Of a stretch of DNA of 42,182 bases, positions 29,854 to 37,528 are shown piece after piece. Under the pieces are notes generated by a model. That model was not told where the DNA came from. It worked only from the letters and a program-made list of their open reading frames with translations, and did not search any database. A program made the position numbers and the translations under genes. Source of the DNA: a virus. How positions within the stretch are numbered: the stretch's first letter is position 1; each line of letters opens with the position of its first letter. The stretch spans positions 1 to 42,182 of IMG/VR virus record IMGVR_UViG_3300028602_000033. The stretch is one strand, 5' to 3'.

Positions 29854-30732
29854 TCTACTATTTTTGAGTTATGCATAATTATGCAAAAACCCTAACCATG
29901 TCATCCGATAGCGTTTTTAGATATGTAGTGTTTTGACTACATATGTATTGTTAACGCTACATATGTATCTAAAAGGTTAACAATGGTGGCAACTATAAAC
30001 CAATAACAGTAAACACTATATGTTAAAAGAACTTTACATTTTATTAGAATTAGTTAACAATTGGCTAGTATAATGTGGTTAATTTATGTGTATTTTTTGA
30101 GTATTATAAATCATATTATAATATTGAGGCAACAAATAAAAAGCCTCTTGATATTGATTATTCATTTTTAGACAGTCAATTGTTAACCATTGCGTTTATA
30201 TACTTAAAGGTAGTTTTAAAAGTATCCGATTTATGGCAATGGCGAAGCGGAAACTGTAAAAAGCAAAATAGCTAGATTCGTACTAAAATCTATTTAGTAG
30301 CTCTTTAATACGAATCCATAGTTTCCGACGGATTTTTTATTACCGATCCGCCATGTATGAAGAATCGGAAACATGAATATCCTAATGAAAATTAGGATAC
30401 GATGCAAGCCTATTTTTGACAGCAAAGAGCTGTCTCTGGTTATGAGAAGTAAAAACATTGCCGGAAACTTTGAACCTATGGTATTTTAGGCTTTTACACG
30501 CTATCTGGGAAAAATCTTACTATCTTTTCAATAAGTGAGATATGAACCTATCATAACTTTTTCTGTCAACTATCTTTTTCAAGAGATATACAGAAAAAGA
30601 CTAACATTATACTATTATCCGACAAATAATATATAATGTGACCGATTGAAATGATAATAAAGATGATTACCATTAACCTAATTTTAAATTTGTACAGCTT
30701 TATAACTAACAAAATTAAATAGGTGAGATAAA

Positions 30733-31599
30733 ATGTCAACAATAGTTGAAACTTTAAATGGTTCTGGCTATGGCTCAACTGTAGCTAGTAAAGTAACATT
30801 CGAAGACTTTAAAGAATGTGTCGTAGATTCTAAATTTAAAGAATCTGTATTGATTGAAAAGTTCGACTTAAAGCTTAATGAAGTCGAAAAAGAAGGTAAT
30901 CTTCAAAAATATGAGGAAACCTTAAAAAACGATAAAAAGCTTGAAATGGAAAAAGTAACACTTTGGAGAATGTTATCAACTCCCTATGGAATCAATAAAG
31001 AAAAATGGGATAACGTTTTTAAAGCCAAATTTTCCAAAACTACTTTTAAACCCAAACCGGAAGAATATTTAGATAAAGTAAGAGATGTTAAATCACCTAC
31101 GGGTTATAGGGAAGTAACCAAAGTTCGACTTTCTAATAACCTTAAAACATGCTCTGAACTGGAATTATCGCATGTAATAACCTTCATGCTAGAAAATTTT
31201 GATGTTACCGAAGAACTTAAGACAGAATTTAATACAGTTCTCTCTGAAATGGAATCCGTCGAACATGAATCCAAAGAAATTAAGACAGATAAGCAGAATA
31301 AGCTTATCAATGGACATGTAATTAAAGCAAATTCAGAAAATTTTAACATTGCTTCCGAATTTATGAAAAATCGGTTCAGAGTAAGAGAACTTGAATTAAA
31401 GAACATCGTTAATAAACATGAGATGTCAATCAATTTCCTTACATGGAAACTTAAGAGAATACAGATAAGAAAAAATAAAACCAATATCATTGAAGGTAAC
31501 AATAAAGCTATCGATATGAATGTAAAACTCATGGAAAAAGCAAAAAAGAATACTAACTTCGCAAGCTTAATGAATATAGCCAATAAATGGAATCTTTAA
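30733..31599 (+). CDS. Hypothetical Lys/Glu-rich helical protein; first gene of the plus-strand block
   Basis: AGGTGA SD before the ATG; 288 aa; followed by a T8 tract. Confidence 0.8.
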   Translation: MSTIVETLNGSGYGSTVASKVTFEDFKECVVDSKFKESVLIEKFDLKLNEVEKEGNLQKYEETLKNDKKLEMEKVTLWRMLSTPYGINKEKWDNVFKAKFSKTTFKPKPEEYLDKVRDVKSPTGYREVTKVRLSNNLKTCSELELSHVITFMLENFDVTEELKTEFNTVLSEMESVEHESKEIKTDKQNKLINGHVIKANSENFNIASEFMKNRFRVRELELKNIVNKHEMSINFLTWKLKRIQIRKNKTNIIEGNNKAIDMNVKLMEKAKKNTNFASLMNIANKWNL

Positions 31600-31612
31600 C
31601 TAGATTCCAATA

Positions 31613-31620
31613 TTTTTTTT
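31613..31620 (+). terminator. Oligo-T (T8) archaeal terminator
   Basis: 14 nt after the stop codon at 31599. Confidence 0.5.
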
Positions 31621-31739
31621 CAATTCTTAACTGTCTTAACTTTTATAGACAGTTACACAATATTAATACGTTATTCTATACCTTACAATTACCTTTTTTT
31701 AGTATAGAATTTTCTACACAAATTTATAGGATGATTATT

Positions 31740-32297
31740 ATGGTAGTGACTACTATAAACCCTAAAAAACCGAGCAAAAACCGAAACAGAAAAGAAAAGC
31801 GGGCACAAATAGCTAAAGAGCTTAAACAATTAGGAGAAAAAACGTCTATAAAGCCCGTTTACTATAATTCCCCCAAAGACACGTCCTGTAGTATAAAAAC
31901 AGAACAAAAAGAGTTACTACTACGGAGAAAAATGGATATCGTAGCTTATAACGCTATGATTAGTCCTAAGCATACATCAGGTTTGGGAAACTCTCCCCGC
32001 TCAACATGGGATAAACTCCAGACAGAACATAAAGTAGCTCAGGATAAATATACCTGCACTAATATAGCCGATTATGAGAAAAAAAATGCCAGATATAAAT
32101 TTAATCACGGGACAGATATGCCAGTTAAAAGAAAATCAGCTTTAGCTGGTGTTAGTAGACCTGATTCTAGTTTTTTGCAAAAAGCAAGAGAAAAAGCTGA
32201 AGCTTATAAAAAAGGTGAAAAATATACAGAAATAGACGAAACTCAGATAAGAATGGGTTCAACGTTAGAAACGTGTAATAAACACGAACTTAAATAA
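31740..32297 (+). CDS. Hypothetical basic protein
   Basis: ATG 31740 after a GGATGA SD-like site; the track start at 31587 crosses the terminator and is probably over-extended. Confidence 0.7.
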   Translation: MVVTTINPKKPSKNRNRKEKRAQIAKELKQLGEKTSIKPVYYNSPKDTSCSIKTEQKELLLRRKMDIVAYNAMISPKHTSGLGNSPRSTWDKLQTEHKVAQDKYTCTNIADYEKKNARYKFNHGTDMPVKRKSALAGVSRPDSSFLQKAREKAEAYKKGEKYTEIDETQIRMGSTLETCNKHELK

Positions 32298-32392
32298 TAT
32301 CTAAAACTTTCACGATAAACGTGGTTAGTGTATTCTACCTCCTTATACACTAACCTATTTATATAATCCCAAATCACTCTAAGGTGATTATT

Positions 32393-32473
32393 ATGAAATT
32401 CCAATTCAAAACAATCTTGTTAGTATGTTTTGTCCTCCTTAACATACTAACATATTTTTATTTCTTGAGGTGA
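32393..32473 (+). CDS. 26-aa hydrophobic micropeptide (MKFQFKTILLVCFVLLNILTYFYFLR)
   Basis: AAGGTGA SD 5 nt upstream; single TM-like stretch. Confidence 0.45.
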   Translation: MKFQFKTILLVCFVLLNILTYFYFLR

Positions 32474-32479
32474 ATAAAA

Positions 32480-32581
32480 ATGTGCGAACTTAAAGAACAA
32501 TTCTTAGAAGATCTTCTTATATACCAGAAGGTCTTTAATATTACCCGAGCATACCTACATCAAGGTGAACTATATGCCTGA
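32480..32581 (+). CDS. 33-aa hypothetical protein
   Basis: GAGGTGA SD upstream; overlaps the start of the next gene. Confidence 0.45.
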   Translation: MCELKEQFLEDLLIYQKVFNITRAYLHQGELYA

Positions 32582-32774
32582 GTTCAACGATATATTCCTT
32601 ATACAATATGAGGAATATCTAATAAAAAAGCATAATTATCGCTCAGATTTGAAACTAAATCTGCAATGTTATAAAGAAAACTTTAGCATATACTCTTTTA
32701 GAGCTAAAGTTCAGGAATTTCTCTATAATGTGGAGCATATCGTAGACTATGTTTTGCATTATGGGATATTGTAA
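32574..32774 (+). CDS. Hypothetical protein
   Basis: AAGGTGA SD 5 nt before ATG 32574. Confidence 0.55.
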   Translation: MPEFNDIFLIQYEEYLIKKHNYRSDLKLNLQCYKENFSIYSFRAKVQEFLYNVEHIVDYVLHYGIL

Positions 32775-32870
32775 GATATACCTAAATTTCTTACTTTTTT
32801 CAGGTATAATCCTACTATATTCCTATTATAAAGTTAAAGGGCACTCCACTGTGTTCAACGATGTCCTACA

Positions 32871-32930
32871 ATATAGTAGAATATAGTAGAACATAGTAAC
32901 ACACCGAGTACCTCTTAGGAATATAGTAGA
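32871..32930. repeat. Tandem 10-mer atatagtaga array with degenerate copies
   Basis: Exact copies at 32871, 32881 and 32921. Confidence 0.85.
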
Positions 32931-33200
32931 ATTAAGTAACTATAGTAAAAATAATATTAATATAATTACCCCTATAGTCCCCAAAACGCAACCCTTAGAC
33001 TCGCTCAATCTATCTTGAGAAAGTCGATAGCTACCGCTATCCAGTGCCAGTTAGCTGGACTTTGTGCGTGATAATGATAATCCCCTTGGATCACCAGATA
33101 GATCTAATCAGTCGCGACAACGAAAGTAATTTATTATGTGTATATGTACCTATCCAATCTATATACATATACATATACAGTTATTATGAAATTAATCTTA

Positions 33201-33252
33201 TACACTATATATAATCCCAAGAATCAACAGGATATATATAAAGCTTTCGGTA
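33201..33252 (-). promoter_or_regulatory. 52-bp repeat copy C
   Basis: tacactatatataatcccaagaatcaacaggatatatataaagctttcggta; BRE/TATA on the minus strand. Confidence 0.7.
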
Positions 33253-33386
33253 CATACGTTCCCGAACTTATACTGAAGTATATGTAGTTCTTACTATATA
33301 TACTTAACTGAGTTCAGTAACATTGATATACATTAACTCCTATATATAATAGTGATTGTACGAATACAATCAGGAGTCGATCTAAT

Positions 33387-34133
33387 ATTAGACGTAGATA
33401 TAGAACATATGATACTAGTTGTACATATACGCATGAAGATTTAATACAGATTATAAGAAATTATTATAATAGCTTTGGTAAAATACCTACAGCATACGAT
33501 CTTGAAAAATATGGTTATCCAGATATTACAGTATATCAAGAACATTTTGGATCTTATGAAAACGCTTTAAGTTGTGCTGGATTAATACCTACAACTACGG
33601 CAATTTACCCGTGCGTGAAGCATAAAATTACGAATACCGGTTTTAAAACCTGTAAAAATTATATTGAATGTGTTAACGATTCTATGCATATTAAAGGTAT
33701 TCTAAATCCAGAATCAAGTATTGGTGTTGGTACAATATCTGAGCACATTGTTACTGAAGTTTTACAAGATTGTATTAATTATAATCAGATAACTTTTAAT
33801 TCACCGTATGATTTAATTTCACAGCAATACGGTAATATTAATGTAAAATCATCAAAAATATATAAGAATAATGTGTTCAAATTTTGTAAACATCTGAATG
33901 CATTCATACCCGACTATTATATTTGTCTAGGGTTTGATGAATATAGAACAAAAATTATTAAAGTGTTTATTATACCAGGTAACGCTTCAGTAGTTCACAA
34001 TTATGGAATATTTATTACAAACACATCTAAAGGTTTAGCTAAAGTATCACAATATGAAACTAATTGTGATCCATATAATACTATTTATCAAAATTTAAAT
34101 TTAACTGATATTCACGAATTTAAATCATTGTAA
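33387..34133 (+). CDS. Homing-endonuclease-like protein: N-terminal homing-endonuclease-associated repeat plus PD-(D/E)XK-like nuclease; start uncertain
   Basis: In-frame upstream extension YTHEDLIQIIRNYYNSFGKIPTAYD...YPDITVYQEHFGSYENALSCAG; C-terminal SEHIV...PYDL....INVKSS. Confidence 0.6.
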   Translation: MRRRYRTYDTSCTYTHEDLIQIIRNYYNSFGKIPTAYDLEKYGYPDITVYQEHFGSYENALSCAGLIPTTTAIYPCVKHKITNTGFKTCKNYIECVNDSMHIKGILNPESSIGVGTISEHIVTEVLQDCINYNQITFNSPYDLISQQYGNINVKSSKIYKNNVFKFCKHLNAFIPDYYICLGFDEYRTKIIKVFIIPGNASVVHNYGIFITNTSKGLAKVSQYETNCDPYNTIYQNLNLTDIHEFKSL

Positions 34134-34146
34134 TCGGTTTATACAT

Positions 34147-34267
34147 GTGAGTAAATAATCCACTCACTGTTTTTTCGTAAATAGTACCATGTTACTTACA
34201 TAACAAGTGGTACGTACTATTTACTGCCCTGTCAAGCAGATTTGCCAGCAGTCCTGAAATTTTCAGA
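34147..34267. ncRNA. Candidate structured RNA or bidirectional terminator region
   Basis: Four adjacent hairpins, including the perfect 11-bp inverted repeat gtaaatagtac/gtactatttac (34177-34187, 34214-34224); immediately downstream of promoter copy D on the minus strand. Confidence 0.35.
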
Positions 34268-34269
34268 AC

Positions 34270-34321
34270 TACACTATATATAAATCTGAGAATCAATAGG
34301 ATATATATAAACCTTTCGGTA
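34270..34321 (-). promoter_or_regulatory. 52-bp repeat copy D
   Basis: tacactatatataaatctgagaatcaataggatatatataaacctttcggta. Confidence 0.7.
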
Positions 34322-34373
34322 TGTGATACATAACATGAAATACCTTCTAACAGGATAAAGGAGCTGATATCAA

Positions 34374-34502
34374 ATGCCATCATTCGAAGAACTAGACCGA
34401 CAATTTACCAAACTCAATGTATCAATAGCACCAAAACCAGCACCAATTGTCAGAAAATCCAGAAGAACTAGAAAAGGAGCGAAAACATGCTACGTAAAAT
34501 AA
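34374..34502 (+). CDS. 42-aa basic hypothetical protein
   Basis: AAGGAG SD; Arg/Lys-rich C-terminus. Confidence 0.55.
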   Translation: MPSFEELDRQFTKLNVSIAPKPAPIVRKSRRTRKGAKTCYVK

Positions 34503-34627
34503 TTAACTTCTTTTCAAATAAATGTGAATACCGACACACCTGCGAACTATACACAAACTGTGATACATGCATCAAGGATTGCATGTCCTGTGGAATTTAT
34601 AAAGCAATTAAACGGGATGAACCATGA
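34487..34627 (+). CDS. 46-aa Cys-rich protein
   Basis: AAGGAG SD; 6 Cys including two CxxC; ATGA coupling to the next gene. Confidence 0.55.
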   Translation: MLRKIINFFSNKCEYRHTCELYTNCDTCIKDCMSCGIYKAIKRDEP

Positions 34628-34779
34628 GTACCAGTAAAATAGTAGGCTGTGAATACTACGACAATGATGCGCATGAATGGATAGCTGATTTCTGTGAAAC
34701 ATGTCCATTTAGTGAAGATAACGTTGGATGTGATGAATATCGCACAGAATTAAATTGTAAATTTATACACGAAGAATAA
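34624..34779 (+). CDS. 51-aa acidic Cys-rich protein
   Basis: ATGA coupling; 5 Cys including CETC. Confidence 0.55.
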   Translation: MSTSKIVGCEYYDNDAHEWIADFCETCPFSEDNVGCDEYRTELNCKFIHEE

Positions 34780-34794
34780 AAGGAGAACTACCAC

Positions 34795-35517
34795 ATGATC
34801 AACGAAAACACCCAAGACCTAATAGAGACCGTCCGTACAGCCCTAAAATCACGCTATGAATTCCCATACTACAGTCTTGTTCGTATAACAACAAGACACT
34901 ACGGTACAATCCATATACCCGCACCAATGTTCAACGGGATGTCAAAAAGAGCAGTATGGGCTGGAAACCTGCCAATTTCTCAGGATAAGAGGAATGGAAA
35001 ATATTACGAATGTTCGTTCTGTGGAGAGAAGAGTTTCTATGCTGGTGTTTGCCAGGATTGCCGGCGAGAAATGTACGGTGAACTCCCTATGGAGTACCGG
35101 AACCACGAAGCCATCAAGAATGCAGTGAAAGAAGAGTTTCTCAGGAGACTTGATTCAGGTCTTGAACTCGGAATAATTTCCGCAGAAATCGTTCTTTCAG
35201 ATGGTCCGCATGACCACTGCGAAACTCAATCACCCTTCCTGAAGAGAAGTGAATACAGAGCAGAAGAAGCGATCAATTATATAGATCGCGTCATAAGATC
35301 CCATGTCCGCCATCAAGAAAGGGAAGAGTATGAGAAAGTGATCCGAGAGTATGTCCCTGATGGTATCCCTATCGATTACATAGAAGGGGAAGAAATCGAA
35401 GTTGAAGGCTCAGAAGAGCTTCGCAGACATATTAATGGAGTCTGGCAGCATAAACACCCTGAAGACGGGTATGATTACTGGCATCCAATGGGGAGAGTGC
35501 ACAAGGTGGATAGGTAA
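34795..35517 (+). CDS. Hypothetical protein with zinc ribbon
   Basis: CSFC...CQDC; AAGGAG SD; visibly higher GC than neighbours. Confidence 0.75.
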   Translation: MINENTQDLIETVRTALKSRYEFPYYSLVRITTRHYGTIHIPAPMFNGMSKRAVWAGNLPISQDKRNGKYYECSFCGEKSFYAGVCQDCRREMYGELPMEYRNHEAIKNAVKEEFLRRLDSGLELGIISAEIVLSDGPHDHCETQSPFLKRSEYRAEEAINYIDRVIRSHVRHQEREEYEKVIREYVPDGIPIDYIEGEEIEVEGSEELRRHINGVWQHKHPEDGYDYWHPMGRVHKVDR

Positions 35518-35523
35518 GATACT

Positions 35524-35718
35524 ATGGCATGTGGAGAGTTCACAAGGAAAGAAAGATCTACCCGCTTTGTAAACCTTCAAAAAACGATAATAAGAACGAT
35601 AGTAAAAGGAGAAACCAAATGGAAAGTAAATATTGTTCATCCTTACGTAGGATATGAGAAAGTTGAATTATTCATTGATATAAAGGAGAGAGATCGATGT
35701 ATACAAAACCGATTCTAA
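35524..35718 (+). CDS. Hypothetical protein
   Basis: Fits the operon spacing. Confidence 0.55.
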   Translation: MACGEFTRKERSTRFVNLQKTIIRTIVKGETKWKVNIVHPYVGYEKVELFIDIKERDRCIQNRF

Positions 35719-36005
35719 ATATGCAACGAGCGGAGTGCCTCCCTCAGGAGAATACAACGTGGAATTATATATGGAATTGGATTGATATGGTGACAACAAG
35801 AGGAACTATGATAGATCTACAAAATATGAGCGACTTCGAATATAAATCAGGCAAATTTACATACAATGTTTACGCTGGAGAGTCTGCGCACTGTGCAATA
35901 CAAAACATGAAGATACTCGCAAAAGCGTTTAACATCGAAGTCACAGCAGTATTTAACTACAATATTGTGACAGTATATCCAAACGAGACAGTTAAAATAA
36001 CATGA
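35697..36005 (+). CDS. Hypothetical protein (start uncertain)
   Basis: Fills the operon gap; A..M..LA......V...FN pattern common in phage proteins. Confidence 0.55.
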   Translation: MYTKPILNMQRAECLPQENTTWNYIWNWIDMVTTRGTMIDLQNMSDFEYKSGKFTYNVYAGESAHCAIQNMKILAKAFNIEVTAVFNYNIVTVYPNETVKIT

Positions 36006-36047
36006 ATTTGTGATTTAAAAATTAAAATAAAAAGGAGATAAGATAAA

Positions 36048-36341
36048 ATGACCACGGAAATAGACAACATTGTATCAAAACTCGATGAAGGTAGTCTTAG
36101 TTCTAAAGAAGTTGTAACACTATTTAATTTAGTAGGATACAACTGTATAGGATTTACACAACACGGTGAATTTTACTGTCTACACAGAGATATCGGAAGA
36201 CTTTTGCCGCTATTCCAGCATATTAAAAATTCAGACACACTTGAAAAAGCTAATGAAGTGCAGCATATGATAGTTTTTAAACCATATGGCATAACGTTGG
36301 CTGATGTTGAAAGAGTGTGGAACGCTTTCCATAACAAATGA
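36048..36341 (+). CDS. Hypothetical protein
   Basis: AAGGAG SD; 97 aa. Confidence 0.65.
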   Translation: MTTEIDNIVSKLDEGSLSSKEVVTLFNLVGYNCIGFTQHGEFYCLHRDIGRLLPLFQHIKNSDTLEKANEVQHMIVFKPYGITLADVERVWNAFHNK

Positions 36342-37137
36342 AGGTGATACTACGTTAAAATTAGTTAAAACAAAATCGTTTGCTAATGGAAATGTGTACG
36401 CATTTCGTACAGAAGATGGTTTCTTAGTTGAAACTACAGACACATTTCTTCCATTCTACACACAGGATTCGTTAAATAGAAAACATAATCTTTTAGATAA
36501 TGATAATCTTGGTGATAGATCTGAACGTTGGATGATTGGTGTGTCTGTAATGTCTGGATGCCCTGTTCGTTGTAAGTTTTGTGCAACCGGACAGATGAAA
36601 AAATGGCGTAATTTGACAACGGAAGAAATTGTAGAACAAGTGGAATTTGTAGTAAACAGTAGATCAGAAAAGTTCATCGATGCAGAGGAACACAAGATAA
36701 ATTATACACGCATGGGAGAACCCTTTCTCAATATTGATAATGTAAAACGCGCTATCCGTATTATAAGCGAAAACTATCCAGGTACACATCATTATGTATC
36801 TACGATAGGAATTAAAAATTCTGATTTCTCGTGGATCGATGGCAACATCACTTTACAAGTATCACTTCATTCGTTGGACGAAAAGAAGCGTAATTGGTTA
36901 ATACCTTATAATGATAAATTAACTATCGAAGAACTTGGACAGGTCAGAACAAATAGTTTCAGAAAAACTACACTTAATATGACGCTAGTAGACGAAACTG
37001 ATTTTAATATAGATACGCTAAAGAAATATTTCGATAAAGACTATTTTTTTATAAAATTAAGTCCTATAAATACCAACATAATATCCGATAAAAACGATTT
37101 AGGTAGCGGAGTTATTAAATACACTAACAGGAGGTGA
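36304..37137 (+). CDS. RlmN/Cfr-like radical SAM protein, N-terminal (large) part
   Basis: VET motif, SVMSGCPVRCKFCATG (CxxxCxxC), RMGEP, VSTIG and LQVSLHS motifs; lacks the C-terminal AACGQL. Confidence 0.85.
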   Translation: MLKECGTLSITNEGDTTLKLVKTKSFANGNVYAFRTEDGFLVETTDTFLPFYTQDSLNRKHNLLDNDNLGDRSERWMIGVSVMSGCPVRCKFCATGQMKKWRNLTTEEIVEQVEFVVNSRSEKFIDAEEHKINYTRMGEPFLNIDNVKRAIRIISENYPGTHHYVSTIGIKNSDFSWIDGNITLQVSLHSLDEKKRNWLIPYNDKLTIEELGQVRTNSFRKTTLNMTLVDETDFNIDTLKKYFDKDYFFIKLSPINTNIISDKNDLGSGVIKYTNRR

Positions 37138-37141
37138 AGAA

Positions 37142-37264
37142 ATGGATGCAATATTTGAGAAACTTCAGGAAAATGGATATGACTATGCAGTAGCAGTTGC
37201 AACTGAAGCTGAAGTTCAGGCTGGAGCTGCATGTGGACAGCTCGCTATAGTAATTGAGGAATAA
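37142..37264 (+). CDS. 40-aa peptide matching the last alpha/beta unit of RlmN, with the AACGQL methyl-carrier Cys motif
   Basis: MDAIFEKLQENGYDYAVAVATEAEVQAGAACGQLAIVIEE; perfect AGGAGGTGA SD overlapping the upstream stop codon; not in the ORF track. Confidence 0.8.
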   Translation: MDAIFEKLQENGYDYAVAVATEAEVQAGAACGQLAIVIEE

Positions 37265-37266
37265 AT

Positions 37267-37527
37267 ATGCGAGTATACATAACTAAAGTGTGTAAAGCAT
37301 ATGACGACAATGGGAGGGAATTCCCTCCTACTACCGACTGTCTTTACGATGACGTTAAAAAGCGTTGGTACACAGAAAATCACACCGTAGAAGAATTAAT
37401 ATCTCTTTTTAAAGATTGTGTTGTATCAGCACCAGGTGGAAGTATGGAATACTGTGCCAATGTTCGTAAAAGATTTCAGGAAGATTGGTTTATAATAGTA
37501 TATAATAATTTTGTAGAATGGGGATAA
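37267..37527 (+). CDS. Hypothetical protein
   Basis: Tightly packed between the peptide gene and NAMPT. Confidence 0.65.
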   Translation: MRVYITKVCKAYDDNGREFPPTTDCLYDDVKKRWYTENHTVEELISLFKDCVVSAPGGSMEYCANVRKRFQEDWFIIVYNNFVEWG

Positions 37528-37528
37528 T

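Noticed and set aside
30075-30275. 66-aa ORF ending in TAG as a pyrrolysine readthrough gene
   Set aside because: There is no SD, readthrough adds only about 10 codons, and the composition matches the non-coding surroundings.
36304-37264. Radical SAM gene as a simple pseudogene
   Set aside because: The downstream fragment has a perfect SD, a clean ATG, biased codons and an intact AACGQL, and the break falls at a structural unit boundary. It remains possible until read and homolog checks are done.
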